NCBI GenBank assembly: GCA_934725685.1
Contig: CAKVBX010000001.1
Span: 7,753 to 71,752 of the forward strand
From: an uncultured Bacilli bacterium
GTDB lineage: Bacteria > Bacillota_I > Bacilli_A > RFN20 > CAG-288
Reading direction: 5' to 3'
DNA: 64,000 nt
The translations under genes were made by a program, and so were the position numbers. A model generated the notes under the pieces. The model searched no databases. It saw only the letters and a program-made list of their open reading frames with translations, and was not told the origin of the DNA. Below are positions 1-9,015 of this stretch, in pieces; the stretch's first letter is position 1, and each line of letters starts with the position of its first letter.

Positions 1-336
1 TTTTCTCGGTGTGGCAAAGCCGACATGGAGCCCTGCTCTCAAATAATGTTCCATCGCATGATAGACAAGCTCCGTCTTGCCGGCCCCTGTCACCGCATGG
101 ATGAGAACATTTCTTTTCTCCTTAAGTGCCTCCATGACCCCGTCAGAGATTTCTTTCTGTTTCTCGCTCAGCGGATAGGCAAGTTCCAGAGAGATTTCTT
201 TCTTCACGCAAAAGTCTGCATCTGCCTTTCTTCCCTGAAAGGAGATGCAGGCACGGCAATATAGTTTTCCGTTTCTGGTCCCGATATAACGCGAATCTTT
301 ATTTCCGCAAATCGGGCAAACAAAATTGTTTTCCAT
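1..336 (-). CDS. comFA: ComFA-like competence helicase, N-terminal fragment (gene continues past window start)
   Basis: Minus-strand ORF absent from the track because it runs off the 5' edge. Translation gives MENNFVCPICGNKDSRYIGTRNGKLYCRACI...LIHAVTGAGKTE...GLHVGFATPRK. The Zn-ribbon (CPIC...CRAC), Walker A (GAGKTE) and 'ATPR' segment match B. subtilis ComFA (CRSCV / WAVCGAGKTEM / RVCIATPRTDV). Confidence 0.5.
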   Translation of the reverse strand, partial: MENNFVCPICGNKDSRYIGTRNGKLYCRACISFQGRKADADFCVKKEISLELAYPLSEKQKEISDGVMEALKEKRNVLIHAVTGAGKTELVYHAMEHYLRAGLHVGFATPRK

Positions 337-374
337 CTACTAGATATATAGACGGAAAACGGAAAACAACAAAA

Positions 375-1133
375 TCAGATGTTGTCAGAAGTGAAAAAAC
401 GTGCCATAAAGGAAAGCATACCATCGCTTTTCTTTCCCATGACCGAATAAGAAATGGCATTGAGGGAAGTCTCGATGGTGATGGCATCATGAAGATAACA
501 CTCTTTCTCAAAATCGATTTCAAAGACGGAAATCGGAGAAAGAATACATTTCTCCTGGGCAATTTTCATATATACCGTATTATTCATATGCTGATTAGAA
601 TCGATATCCGAAGAGTGGACGACATACGTGGAATCATAATGAAACTCCTGATTGGAGAAATCCATTTCATAAAGTCGTTCATCTGTCAGCGGTTCCACGT
701 CATCGATATCAGGGAGCATCTCCCTCAGTTTATTCTGAAAAGCCTTCGCGGACTGAAGTCTTCTCGTTTCCCGATTCATCAGAACCCAAAGGGAAAGAAG
801 ATAAAAGACAGGGTTGCCGCTTGAGTCAACAAGGTAAGCATAGCGGTAAAGTTGTAATGCACCGGCCATGGTCGGATAGGTGACAAAGGTATAAGTCTCC
901 TCCGGTTTCAGCTTCGCAAGAAAATATCCTTTAATACGGCAGAGGATATAGTAAAAACCATTCGCCTCGGAAAACTCTTTTCCCATCCCGAGATGCTCGA
1001 CATGATTGCCGGCGATTTTCTGGAAGGAGACGAGGAGGTCGGCAATATCGACATTACCGAAGGAATCGAACTTCGGCTGATAGGATGTCGTACAGTAATG
1101 CAAATCCGTCAAACTCGGAACGATCATATTCAT
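375..1133 (-). CDS. acyl-ACP thioesterase (FatA/FatB family)
   Basis: 252 aa. The 'DIDSNQHMNNTVYMKIAQE' region and overall hot-dog layout are typical of PF01643. RBS AAAGGAGA upstream; the start overlaps the stop of the HAD gene. Confidence 0.75.
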   Translation of the reverse strand: MNMIVPSLTDLHYCTTSYQPKFDSFGNVDIADLLVSFQKIAGNHVEHLGMGKEFSEANGFYYILCRIKGYFLAKLKPEETYTFVTYPTMAGALQLYRYAYLVDSSGNPVFYLLSLWVLMNRETRRLQSAKAFQNKLREMLPDIDDVEPLTDERLYEMDFSNQEFHYDSTYVVHSSDIDSNQHMNNTVYMKIAQEKCILSPISVFEIDFEKECYLHDAITIETSLNAISYSVMGKKSDGMLSFMARFFTSDNI

Positions 1134-1861
1134 AAAATGTCATTCTCCTTTATCTTTTCAATCAGCATCGAATAGGAAGACACTTCAAGACAATCTCTTT
1201 TTAATGCGTACCCTTCCGGACATCTCCTCTCCTTCTTCTTATGATTCAGCCAGACAGAAGTGGCAAAGCCGGCATCGGTCGAACCGATGACATCCTGGAA
1301 GAAAGCATCCCCAATATACATGGAGTGAGTGATATCCTTCTTCGCAAGACGGATGCCGGTCTTAAAGAACAGAGGATTTGGTTTCTTGACGCCGACTTCC
1401 TTCGAGCCCAGGAAGAAGCCGAACTCGTGATCCGGGATCAGTTTTTTCAGAATCTGCATGCTGTCCTCTGTGGAATAGATGGTATTGGACAAAACATAAT
1501 ATGGAATCTTCTTCGCCTCGAGGAAGGAAAGAAACTTGTCAATTCCTTCAATCGGTTTCGGAGAAAGATAACAAAGGATTTCATGGCTGCATTCCTCAAT
1601 GGAACAATCCAATTCCAACCCAAAGTATTTTTGGAATAATGACAAAACCGCAAGAATGTCAAGTTCAAATAACAGACGCGACTGATAGTAGTTTCTGAAA
1701 AAGTCCTCGGAAAAATCAAAGACTTCTTTCCAATCGATAGTATCGTGATTCACGCAATGTTTTTCCAAAGAGAGGATATTCCAACGAGGCTGTTCGCACG
1801 TGAAAGAAATCAAAGTATCCCAACAATCAAAGAAAACGGCCTCGATTCTTCTGTTTTCCAT
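1130..1861 (-). CDS. HAD-superfamily hydrolase
   Basis: N-terminal 'VFFDCWDTL' (DxD motif I) and C-terminal 'YIGDAFFQDV' motif IV. RBS GAGGTGAA. Confidence 0.7.
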   Translation of the reverse strand: MENRRIEAVFFDCWDTLISFTCEQPRWNILSLEKHCVNHDTIDWKEVFDFSEDFFRNYYQSRLLFELDILAVLSLFQKYFGLELDCSIEECSHEILCYLSPKPIEGIDKFLSFLEAKKIPYYVLSNTIYSTEDSMQILKKLIPDHEFGFFLGSKEVGVKKPNPLFFKTGIRLAKKDITHSMYIGDAFFQDVIGSTDAGFATSVWLNHKKKERRCPEGYALKRDCLEVSSYSMLIEKIKENDIL

Positions 1862-2070
1862 AGATTCACCTCACACTTAATTTTATCATATTACCACGGA
1901 AGGAGAAAGCAAAAGCAAGCGCTTAATTCTTGCTTTTTCCAATTAGCAACTTTATCAAAAGGAACCATCACCATTTTAATTTTCATTTTTTTATTTGTAT
2001 TTTGTATGAAAACAAGGTAAATTATATTTGTCTTTGCAATGACAATCAGTACCATTGAATAGCACACAGA

Positions 2071-2108
2071 AAAAGCCACCTGATTTTTCAATAACGGGTG
2101 GCTTTTTC
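2071..2108. other. strong hairpin (AAAAAGCCACC-16 nt-GGTGGCTTTTT) in divergent intergenic region
   Basis: Perfect 8-10 bp GC-rich stem flanked by an A-run and a T-run. It lies between the divergent starts at 1861 (-) and 2275 (+), so it terminates neither gene. Confidence 0.5.
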
Positions 2109-2274
2109 CTTTGCCCTCCACATGCAACTTGTTTAACTGAATTGTCGCAAAAAAGTTGTTTCTCTAAAAAAGTACACAATATTGTAATAAATATCTTGCT
2201 TAGAGTTTTTAGATGGTGATAAAATAGTACAAACTTATCTACCACTCATCAACGAGCATTATAAGGAGGCCCGT

Positions 2275-4875
2275 ATGGCAAAAAAAGATGCTAGTGCCCC
2301 TGTTGGGAAAAGACGGGGGAGCAGAGCAATCACAGTCTTCAATGTCATCTTCATTGTACTGGCAGTGATTGCTATCGTTGTCGCCGTTCTGATGTTTACG
2401 CCCGTATCGAAGTCCCTCAAGTCATTCTTGCAAGGACAGCAGTGGGCAATCGCACTTCAGCCGAAGTTCGTTGACTGGGTCAAATATCATCTTGTCAACA
2501 ATCTTGGACTGACCATGCCGTTCCGTGGTCATGGCGTGACATTCACCGCATGTCTTTACGTCTATGCCTACTCTTTACTCCTCTTCGGTCTTCTGTTCCT
2601 CATGTACACGCCGTTCCTTGTCATGAACCACAACAGAAAACTCGGAAGAAAGGGTGGATTCAGAAAGGCACTCTGCTGGATTGTCTTCATCGTCACCTTC
2701 CTCGTGTTCCTTGGTTATCTCTCTGTTCCTTACACCCAGAAGATCACCAGCCTTGTCGGGCCCTATTATAAGTGGTTCCCTGACACCTATACGATTTGGA
2801 AGAATCTCTTCGCCAATGGTCAGATTCTCTCCAAGCTCAGATTGTCCTTCATCAGCAATAACCTTTGGTTCAATGCTACCTTCTATATCCTTGTCCTCTT
2901 AGTCCTCTTCCAGATCATCTTCTATGTGATGGCCTGCAAAATCAAGGGCAAAGAAAGAATTGCTGAACCCGAAGAAAAGGCAGAAGAAGTTAAGGAAGAA
3001 ATCGTCGAAGAGACCGTTCCTGTCATTGCTCCTGTCGCTGCCGCCGAAGTCAAAGAAGAAAAGCCGGCTGTTGAAACCGTGAGAGTAGCTCCTACAATCC
3101 GCGAACTCGCCCTCCTTAATTCCTTGGAGCCGATTGAAGCCTCTCCGATATCAAACCTACCCGGCCTCTATGACACCGAAGTCGAGAAGTTAATCGACCT
3201 TCTCGAACCTCAAATCAATGAAGCGTTGGCCCGTGAAGATTATGCGAGCCCGGATGCCATAGAGGCTAGAAGACTTTCCGAAACGATTCAGCCAAATCTT
3301 GTCCGTTCCATTCAGGTTCTCCCTGGCATTGATGAATGGGGAGCAACACCTTGGGCCGATGAATTAGAAAATTCCATCAAGCCGAAAGATTACACTGTTA
3401 AGATTCTTCCTGGCATTGACGAATGGAAAGCAGATCCTTTCGCTGAAGAAATCGTTGAGTCTGAAAAAGTCGAAGAAGCACCCGTCCCTGAGCCAGTAGA
3501 AGTAAAGCCGGTCGTTGAAGAAAAGCCGGAAGAAGCTCCTATTGCCGAGGAAGCGAGCGAAGTCAACGAAATCACCGATATTGTCGCTCCTCAGGAAGAG
3601 ACAGTACCTGTTGTCGAAGAAGTCAAGGAAGAAATCGTTGAAGAAGTTGTCGAGGAAGCAAAGCCGGAAGAGGTCGAGGAAGAAAAGACTTCCAGACTCG
3701 ATCAGAAGGTCGTCCTCACCGACAACAGCCACGAAGAAGTCAAGACGGAAAAGTTCTATAAAGACAACGAATGGGTCGTTCCTGACTATCATCCGGAAGA
3801 TGATGTCAAAGAGGAACCGGTCGTTAAAGAAGTCAAAGAAGAAGAGCCTACCGTGGAAGAAGCCCCCAAGGGTCCTGTCACCAAAGCTATCTGCTTCCTT
3901 GAAAAAGGCGGCAAGCGTCCTCAGGAAGAAGAACACGAACCGGTCGCCAAAGAAAGCGGAGAATCCCGTCTCGATAAGAAAGTTGTCGCTCTCAACAACG
4001 AACATACAGAAATCAAGACGGACAAGTTCCATAAGGAAAACAAATGGATTCTTCCTGAATATGTCCCTGAACCGAAGCCGGAGCCGGTAGAAGAGAAAAA
4101 ACCGGAACTGGTCAAGCCCATCGCCAACGTCAAACAGGTCGAACTCAAGCAGGCTCCGATTGCCAAACCTGAAAACAAACCGAAGATTGTTCCGATTGCT
4201 CCGATTACTCCGAAGCCGGAACCGGTCGTTGAAGAAAAGACTGCTGAGGAAGAGAAGAAGGTTCTCACTCCGATTGCCGGCCCTCTCCACTCCACCGCCA
4301 AATCCAAGCATGAGAAGATTGAAGCAATCAAGGCCCAGAAGGTCCGCTTCGAACTCAGAAACTATCAGATCAAGACCTTCGAGGGTGATATTTCCGCCGA
4401 AGAAGCCTTCCGCAAAGGTGTCACCAAGGTTCAGCCGACCGTCAATCCTGTCTTCGCCAACCAGTCCGATGAACCAGCCTGGAAGCAGAAGAGACGTAAT
4501 GAAGAAATCCGTAAGAATGGATACACCAACGTAACGACAGTCGATAAACTCAACGGCAACGTTCCTTCCGTACAGAATACGAACAAGCCAAAGAGTCCTC
4601 TCTCCATCCGTGAATTAGTCAAAGCCCAAAAAGCTGAGACAGCAAAACCGGAAGCCGAAGAGAAGAAGGAAGAAAAGAAGATTGAGAAGCCGATCACTCC
4701 GATCGCCATCAAGCCTCAGGAGCCCGCCAAGCCGGTTGAAGGAAACGATAAGCTCAAAGCGCAGAATCCTTTCTCCGACAAACCGGTGCCCGCCTTCCAC
4801 CCGATTGCCCCGATCAACAAGAAGCCGAACAATCGTCCGACCATCAAGCCAGTCGATCCGCTTAAGAAGAAGTAA
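2275..4875 (+). CDS. membrane protein with long E/K/P/V-rich repetitive C-terminal region (N-terminal ~230 aa with 4-5 TM helices)
   Basis: 866-aa ORF with RBS AAGGAGG. Hydrophobic N-terminal helices are followed by an acidic/basic low-complexity region with internal repeats: LPGIDEW x2, and a ~36-aa unit SRLD(Q/K)KVV..H(E/T)E(V/I)KT(E/D)KF(Y/H)K(D/E)N(E/K)W(V/I)(V/L)P(D/E)Y x2. Confidence 0.6.
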   Translation: MAKKDASAPVGKRRGSRAITVFNVIFIVLAVIAIVVAVLMFTPVSKSLKSFLQGQQWAIALQPKFVDWVKYHLVNNLGLTMPFRGHGVTFTACLYVYAYSLLLFGLLFLMYTPFLVMNHNRKLGRKGGFRKALCWIVFIVTFLVFLGYLSVPYTQKITSLVGPYYKWFPDTYTIWKNLFANGQILSKLRLSFISNNLWFNATFYILVLLVLFQIIFYVMACKIKGKERIAEPEEKAEEVKEEIVEETVPVIAPVAAAEVKEEKPAVETVRVAPTIRELALLNSLEPIEASPISNLPGLYDTEVEKLIDLLEPQINEALAREDYASPDAIEARRLSETIQPNLVRSIQVLPGIDEWGATPWADELENSIKPKDYTVKILPGIDEWKADPFAEEIVESEKVEEAPVPEPVEVKPVVEEKPEEAPIAEEASEVNEITDIVAPQEETVPVVEEVKEEIVEEVVEEAKPEEVEEEKTSRLDQKVVLTDNSHEEVKTEKFYKDNEWVVPDYHPEDDVKEEPVVKEVKEEEPTVEEAPKGPVTKAICFLEKGGKRPQEEEHEPVAKESGESRLDKKVVALNNEHTEIKTDKFHKENKWILPEYVPEPKPEPVEEKKPELVKPIANVKQVELKQAPIAKPENKPKIVPIAPITPKPEPVVEEKTAEEEKKVLTPIAGPLHSTAKSKHEKIEAIKAQKVRFELRNYQIKTFEGDISAEEAFRKGVTKVQPTVNPVFANQSDEPAWKQKRRNEEIRKNGYTNVTTVDKLNGNVPSVQNTNKPKSPLSIRELVKAQKAETAKPEAEEKKEEKKIEKPITPIAIKPQEPAKPVEGNDKLKAQNPFSDKPVPAFHPIAPINKKPNNRPTIKPVDPLKKK

Positions 4876-4888
4876 ACAGCAATGTTCA

Positions 4889-4920
4889 TGCCCCGAGAAT
4901 TCTCGGGGCATTTTCTTTTA
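4889..4920 (+). terminator. rho-independent terminator
   Basis: ATGCCCCGAGAATTCTCGGGGCAT hairpin followed by a T-rich tract. Confidence 0.7.
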
Positions 4921-4971
4921 TTTTTGTTGAACATTCCAATTTATAGTGCTAGAATACTCAAGCACATATTT

Positions 4972-5048
4972 TGAGGCGTGGTGCAGCTTGGTAGCACGCT
5001 TGGTTCGGGACCAAGAGGTCATGGGTTCAAATCCCATCGCTTCAACCA
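4972..5048 (+). tRNA. tRNA-Pro (anticodon CGG)
   Basis: Cloverleaf: acceptor TGAGGCG/CGCTTCA (one G-U), D-arm GTGC..GCAC, anticodon stem CTTGG/CCAAG with loop TTCGGGA, T-arm ATGGG-TTCAAAT-CCCAT, then 3' ACCA. Closely resembles E. coli tRNA-Pro(CGG). Confidence 0.8.
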
Positions 5049-5052
5049 TTGT

Positions 5053-5139
5053 GCCCAGGTGGCGGAATCGGTATACGCGTCAGACTCAAAATCTGATGCC
5101 CGTGAGGACGTGCGGGTTCAAGTCCCGCCCTGGGCACCA
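5053..5139 (+). tRNA. tRNA-Leu (anticodon CAA)
   Basis: Acceptor GCCCAGG/CCTGGGC, anticodon stem TCAGA/TCTGA with loop CTCAAAA, long variable arm, T-arm GCGGGTTCAAGTCCCGC, CCA end. Confidence 0.8.
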
Positions 5140-5146
5140 CGAAAAT

Positions 5147-5170
5147 GTCACTGAAAAGTGACTTTTTTTG
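5147..5170 (+). terminator. rho-independent terminator after tRNA pair
   Basis: GTCACTGAAAAGTGAC hairpin plus TTTTTTT. Confidence 0.65.
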
Positions 5171-5255
5171 TTTTCGTTTTCCCAAACAGTCTGCCTGTTT
5201 CATTTTTTGACTTCTATTCTTCTACCCTATATAATGATGAAAGAGGTTAAACATC

Positions 5256-5858
5256 ATGAATTCTAAATCAATTCTGAAGCTCGGTATGCTTCTTTCCTGT
5301 CTTTCTTTGGTCGGTTGCGGAGAAGAAAACGTTCCCACCACAAAGGAAACGGAAGGCCCGAAAACCTGGTTCACGGAGAAAGAACTTGAAGATATCCATC
5401 TTGCAAATCTTCCTACTCCCACGAAATGCACCGGGACCGGAAGTGCCTATACGAGCTGGTTCAATGACGGATACACCTTCTCCATCCCTTGTGAAAGCGA
5501 AGCCATTCTGACGGAAAATGCAACACTCTATTTCAACTACTTCAAGGAAAACTATGAAGGAAAATTCGGTCTCGACAAGCTTTACGGAATCGGAGATACG
5601 ACCTCGTATTATAACATCGTCTATAAAGAGGAAATCTCTGACTATTACGGAAACAATCCCTGCCCCCTCTACAAATTCTTCTACGCTACGGATACTGAAC
5701 TTGCCAGCGATGGTTTTCTGAAGGATGACAGCGTCTATTCTTTCGAGTTACGCTATGATTTCGATACGGATACCTCTCAGCACAAGCTGAAGCTCTATAT
5801 GGAGAAAGCCACCAAGTCCCATAACGGCGTTTACACCCTGAAGTACAAACTCGCCTAA
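5256..5858 (+). CDS. lipoprotein, unknown function
   Basis: Signal peptide with lipobox LSLVG-C. RBS AGAGGT. No recognisable catalytic motif. Confidence 0.6.
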   Translation: MNSKSILKLGMLLSCLSLVGCGEENVPTTKETEGPKTWFTEKELEDIHLANLPTPTKCTGTGSAYTSWFNDGYTFSIPCESEAILTENATLYFNYFKENYEGKFGLDKLYGIGDTTSYYNIVYKEEISDYYGNNPCPLYKFFYATDTELASDGFLKDDSVYSFELRYDFDTDTSQHKLKLYMEKATKSHNGVYTLKYKLA

Positions 5859-5917
5859 TCATATATTTATAAAATAAATCAGCAGAAAGCAGAAGAATAC
5901 CTGCACAAGGAGAAATC

Positions 5918-6397
5918 ATGAATCAGAAAGAAATCATGGAGTTGGCAATTGAACGGGCACGAAAAACCATGAGCGACAATCTCGGAGGCCCCTTCGGTGC
6001 TGTCATCACGAAGAGCGGAAAGATTGTCAGCGTCGCTTCCAACACTGTCCTCGCCGATCACGACCCAACCGCCCATGCCGAAGTCAATGCCATAAGAGAA
6101 GCCTGCAAAACACTCGGCACCATCGATTTGAAGGGTTGTGAACTCTATGCGACAGGCTACCCCTGTCCGATGTGCCTGAGCGCCATCATTTGGTCCAACA
6201 TTTCCAAAGTCTATTTCGGTTGCACGCCCGAGGATGCCGATGCCATCGGGTTCCGGGATGAGGCAATCTACAAATACATCGAATCGCTTCGCGGATTCCG
6301 AAAAGAAGACGATTCCTTAATCCTTCTCCCCTTAGACAGAGAAGACTGCATTCGTCTTTTCGAAGAATATCATGCAAAAAAGAAAACTGTCTACTGA
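5918..6397 (+). CDS. CDA-fold nucleoside deaminase, closest to guanine deaminase GuaD / TadA
   Basis: GGPFGAVI, DPTAHAEV and PCPMC zinc-binding motifs. Overall collinear with B. subtilis GuaD, including AGFDD/RDEAIYKYI. Confidence 0.75.
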   Translation: MNQKEIMELAIERARKTMSDNLGGPFGAVITKSGKIVSVASNTVLADHDPTAHAEVNAIREACKTLGTIDLKGCELYATGYPCPMCLSAIIWSNISKVYFGCTPEDADAIGFRDEAIYKYIESLRGFRKEDDSLILLPLDREDCIRLFEEYHAKKKTVY

Positions 6398-6413
6398 TTC
6401 GCTATACTAAAGA

Positions 6414-6453
6414 AATAGCGCTCTGACTCAGAAATCAGGGCGCTATTTTTTTG
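6414..6453 (+). terminator. rho-independent terminator
   Basis: AAATAGCGCTCTGACTCAGAAATCAGGGCGCTATTTTTTTG. Confidence 0.7.
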
Positions 6454-6502
6454 TTTCAAGCTTCTTTTATGATATTATGTTTGTCATAACTAACTATGTA
6501 CC

Positions 6503-6874
6503 ATGGAAAACAGAAACAAGAAAATGACGCCAGAAAAATACGAAAGTGAAATCAATACCGTCGATGAAATGATCAAACTCTACTGCAGAAAGCAGCACAG
6601 AACAAAAAAAGGAGAGCTCTGCGAAAGCTGCAAGGAGCTTTCCGACTACTGCCATTACCGGCTTTCACTCTGCCCCTGGGGTGACAGGAAACCCTTCTGT
6701 TCCAACTGTCCCATCCACTGTTACAACGCAGAACACAGGGAACGAATCCGCACCGTCATGCGTTTTTCCGGTCCTAGGATGATCTTTTCCCATCCTGTCA
6801 TGGCAATGAGGCATCTCATCGAAACGAAGAAGGAAAAGAAGAAACTGGAGAAAAAACGAAATGAAACAAAATAG
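6503..6874 (+). CDS. Cys-rich YgbA-like protein (nitrous-oxide-stimulated-promoter family, PF11756-like)
   Basis: 123 aa with 8 Cys, including CESCKE...C..C...CPIHCY and SLCPWGDRKPFCSNCPIHCY. This matches my recollection of E. coli YgbA. Confidence 0.5.
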   Translation: MENRNKKMTPEKYESEINTVDEMIKLYCRKQHRTKKGELCESCKELSDYCHYRLSLCPWGDRKPFCSNCPIHCYNAEHRERIRTVMRFSGPRMIFSHPVMAMRHLIETKKEKKKLEKKRNETK

Positions 6875-7307
6875 CAAGATCGTACGGAGCCGGATTCTGA
6901 GAATCTTCTTTCTCGTTCTTGGTTCCATCAGTCTGGTCTTAGGAACCATCGGCATCTTTTTACCGATTCTTCCGACGGTCCCCTTCTATATGCTGACAGC
7001 CTTCTGCTATGTCCGGGGAAGCAAGCGGTTCTCGGACTGGTTCCTCAATTCCAAGCTCTATAAGAACCACATGGGAAACTTTGTCGAGCACCGGGTGATG
7101 ACGGTCTATGGTGAGATTCTCTTGCTCCTCTTTGTGACTGCACTCCTTCTTGTCTCCCTTTGGTTCATCAACAAACCGGTCATGAGCATTGTCTTCGTTG
7201 TACTGATTCTCTGCAAATATCTCTACTTTGTCCTTCGGATCACCCCTGTCGGAAGACAGGAGTATCTCCGCATCAAAGGACAGTCCAAGGAGGCTTCCTA
7301 TGATTGA
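6861..7307 (+). CDS. DUF454 / YbaN-family inner-membrane protein
   Basis: GIFLPILPTVPF signature, 3-4 TM helices. Start overlaps the previous stop by 14 nt. Confidence 0.6.
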   Translation: MKQNSKIVRSRILRIFFLVLGSISLVLGTIGIFLPILPTVPFYMLTAFCYVRGSKRFSDWFLNSKLYKNHMGNFVEHRVMTVYGEILLLLFVTALLLVSLWFINKPVMSIVFVVLILCKYLYFVLRITPVGRQEYLRIKGQSKEASYD

Positions 7308-9015
7308 TAAAGATCTGATTGCTTATATCAAAGGAAAACGGCATCTCCTCGTTCTTATCGTCATCTGCTCTTTTTTGGGGCTTTGTGCCTCCGTCTCTTC
7401 CACGTATCTTCTTGCAAGGAGCATCGAAATCTTCATGACGGAAGGAGAAAAAATCTCTTATTCCTATCTTTTCGGCACACTGCTCCTCGCCCTCTGTTTT
7501 GCCTTGCTTCAGTATCTGAAAGGAAGGATTTCCAATCAACTCGCCGACTATGTCTCCGTCAAAATCAGAAAGGATATCTTCGGAAAATATGTTGCATTGG
7601 GTGGGAGAAGTCGGCTCCGCGTCCAGGAAGTCGCACAGCTGACTTCCGAAGGCGTCGAACAGTTACGTCTTTACTATTCTTCCTATCTCCCCTCGTTTTT
7701 CTATAGCATGATTGCACCGATCAGTCTTTTCATTCTCTTCTGTTTCTTCTCTTACAAGGTTGCACTGGTCTATCTTGTCTGTGTCCCTTTGATTCCGGTT
7801 TCCATCATTTTAGTCTCCAAATGGGCAAAGAAGATCTTTGCCACTTACTGGGACCGATATCTTTCCCTCGGTGGTGCCTATCTCGATGCCGTCTCCGGCA
7901 TGAAGGAACTGCTCATCTTCAACTATGACAGAATAAAAGAGAATGAGATGAAGAAAAACAGCGAAGAGTTTCGAAGAATCACGATGAAAGTTCTCGTCAT
8001 GCAGCTCTGTTCCACAACCATCATGGATCTCGTCGCCTATGGAGGAGCCGGTGTCGGAATCACCATCACCCTATTGGAACAAATCAACCATACTGCCGGA
8101 TATTCTCCTTATCTTGCACTCTTCCTCATCCTGGTCGGAGCCGAATTCTTCCTGCCGTTACGTTCTCTCGGTTCGAGCTTCCATATCGCCATGAACGGAG
8201 CGACTGCAGGAAGAAAAGTCATTCAGCTCCTTAAGGAAAACGAAGAAGAAAAAGGAACCGAGCACCTCTCTTCCATCACTGAAATCACACTGAAGGATGT
8301 CTCTTTCCGCTACGCGGATGCAGAAGAGGATCAGCTTCATGCCATCTCTATGCGCCTGACAAAAGGATTCCATTCCCTCTTAGGAGATTCCGGATGCGGA
8401 AAAAGCACTTTGGCAAAGATTATGACAAAGCAGCTGACCGGCTATCGGGGGAGCATTCAGATCGACGGAAAAGAACTTTCCGATATCGATCCGAAGGAAT
8501 ACCGAAAGAAAGTCTGCTATCTCTCTGTCGATACTTTCCTCCTTCACCGCAGTGTCAGAGAAGCATTTCTCTTCTATGCTCCTGATATCACGGAAGAACG
8601 TATGATGGAACTGCTCGCCCTCACCGGAATGAAGGAGAGAATCCTCGAAAGCGGTGGCCTCGATTATCTCCCGAGAGAAGGGGCTTCCGACCTCTCCGGA
8701 GGTGAGAAACAACGGTTGGTCCTCAGCTATTATCTCTCCGCCGAAAAGAACTTCTATGTCTTTGATGAGACGACGAGCAATATCGACAGGGAAAGCGAAG
8801 AAATCATTGTCGGTACCATCGAAACGCTCTCCAGGGATCACATTGTCCTTTTCATCTCGCATCGTCTGAGGAATGCACTCCATGCCGATGATGTCCTCCT
8901 TCTTAACGGGAATGGAGCGTTAATGGAAGAGGGGGCACCGGAACAACTGCTCCGCGAAGAAGGATTCTTCAAAAAAGGAGTCGAGCAGGAAAAGAAATGG
9001 GAGGAGATTCTATGA
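7300..9015 (+). CDS. ABC transporter fused permease/ATP-binding protein (exporter half, CydD-like)
   Basis: I chose the ATG at 7300 (RBS AAGGAGG 7287-7293) rather than the track start at 7228, which overlaps ybaN. Six N-terminal TM helices. Walker A LLGDSGCGKSTL, signature LSGGEKQRL, Walker B YVFDETTS, H-loop ISHRL. Confidence 0.8.
   Translation: MIDKDLIAYIKGKRHLLVLIVICSFLGLCASVSSTYLLARSIEIFMTEGEKISYSYLFGTLLLALCFALLQYLKGRISNQLADYVSVKIRKDIFGKYVALGGRSRLRVQEVAQLTSEGVEQLRLYYSSYLPSFFYSMIAPISLFILFCFFSYKVALVYLVCVPLIPVSIILVSKWAKKIFATYWDRYLSLGGAYLDAVSGMKELLIFNYDRIKENEMKKNSEEFRRITMKVLVMQLCSTTIMDLVAYGGAGVGITITLLEQINHTAGYSPYLALFLILVGAEFFLPLRSLGSSFHIAMNGATAGRKVIQLLKENEEEKGTEHLSSITEITLKDVSFRYADAEEDQLHAISMRLTKGFHSLLGDSGCGKSTLAKIMTKQLTGYRGSIQIDGKELSDIDPKEYRKKVCYLSVDTFLLHRSVREAFLFYAPDITEERMMELLALTGMKERILESGGLDYLPREGASDLSGGEKQRLVLSYYLSAEKNFYVFDETTSNIDRESEEIIVGTIETLSRDHIVLFISHRLRNALHADDVLLLNGNGALMEEGAPEQLLREEGFFKKGVEQEKKWEEIL

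Noticed and set aside
25-264. 79-aa plus-strand ORF at the window start
   Set aside because: It is antisense to the comFA-like fragment, which shows zinc-ribbon and Walker A motifs.
3364-4311. 315-aa minus-strand ORF (F/L/R-rich) and 191-aa plus-strand ORF 3515-4090 (K/R/S-rich) inside the repeat-protein gene
   Set aside because: They are alternative-frame shadows of the GAA/AAG-rich low-complexity coding repeat. They have no RBS and a composition typical of frame artefacts.
7228-7299. Upstream extension of the first ABC gene (track start 7228)
   Set aside because: It overlaps the ybaN-like gene by 80 nt and lacks an RBS. The ATG at 7300 has AAGGAGG and gives a normal ABC N-terminus.
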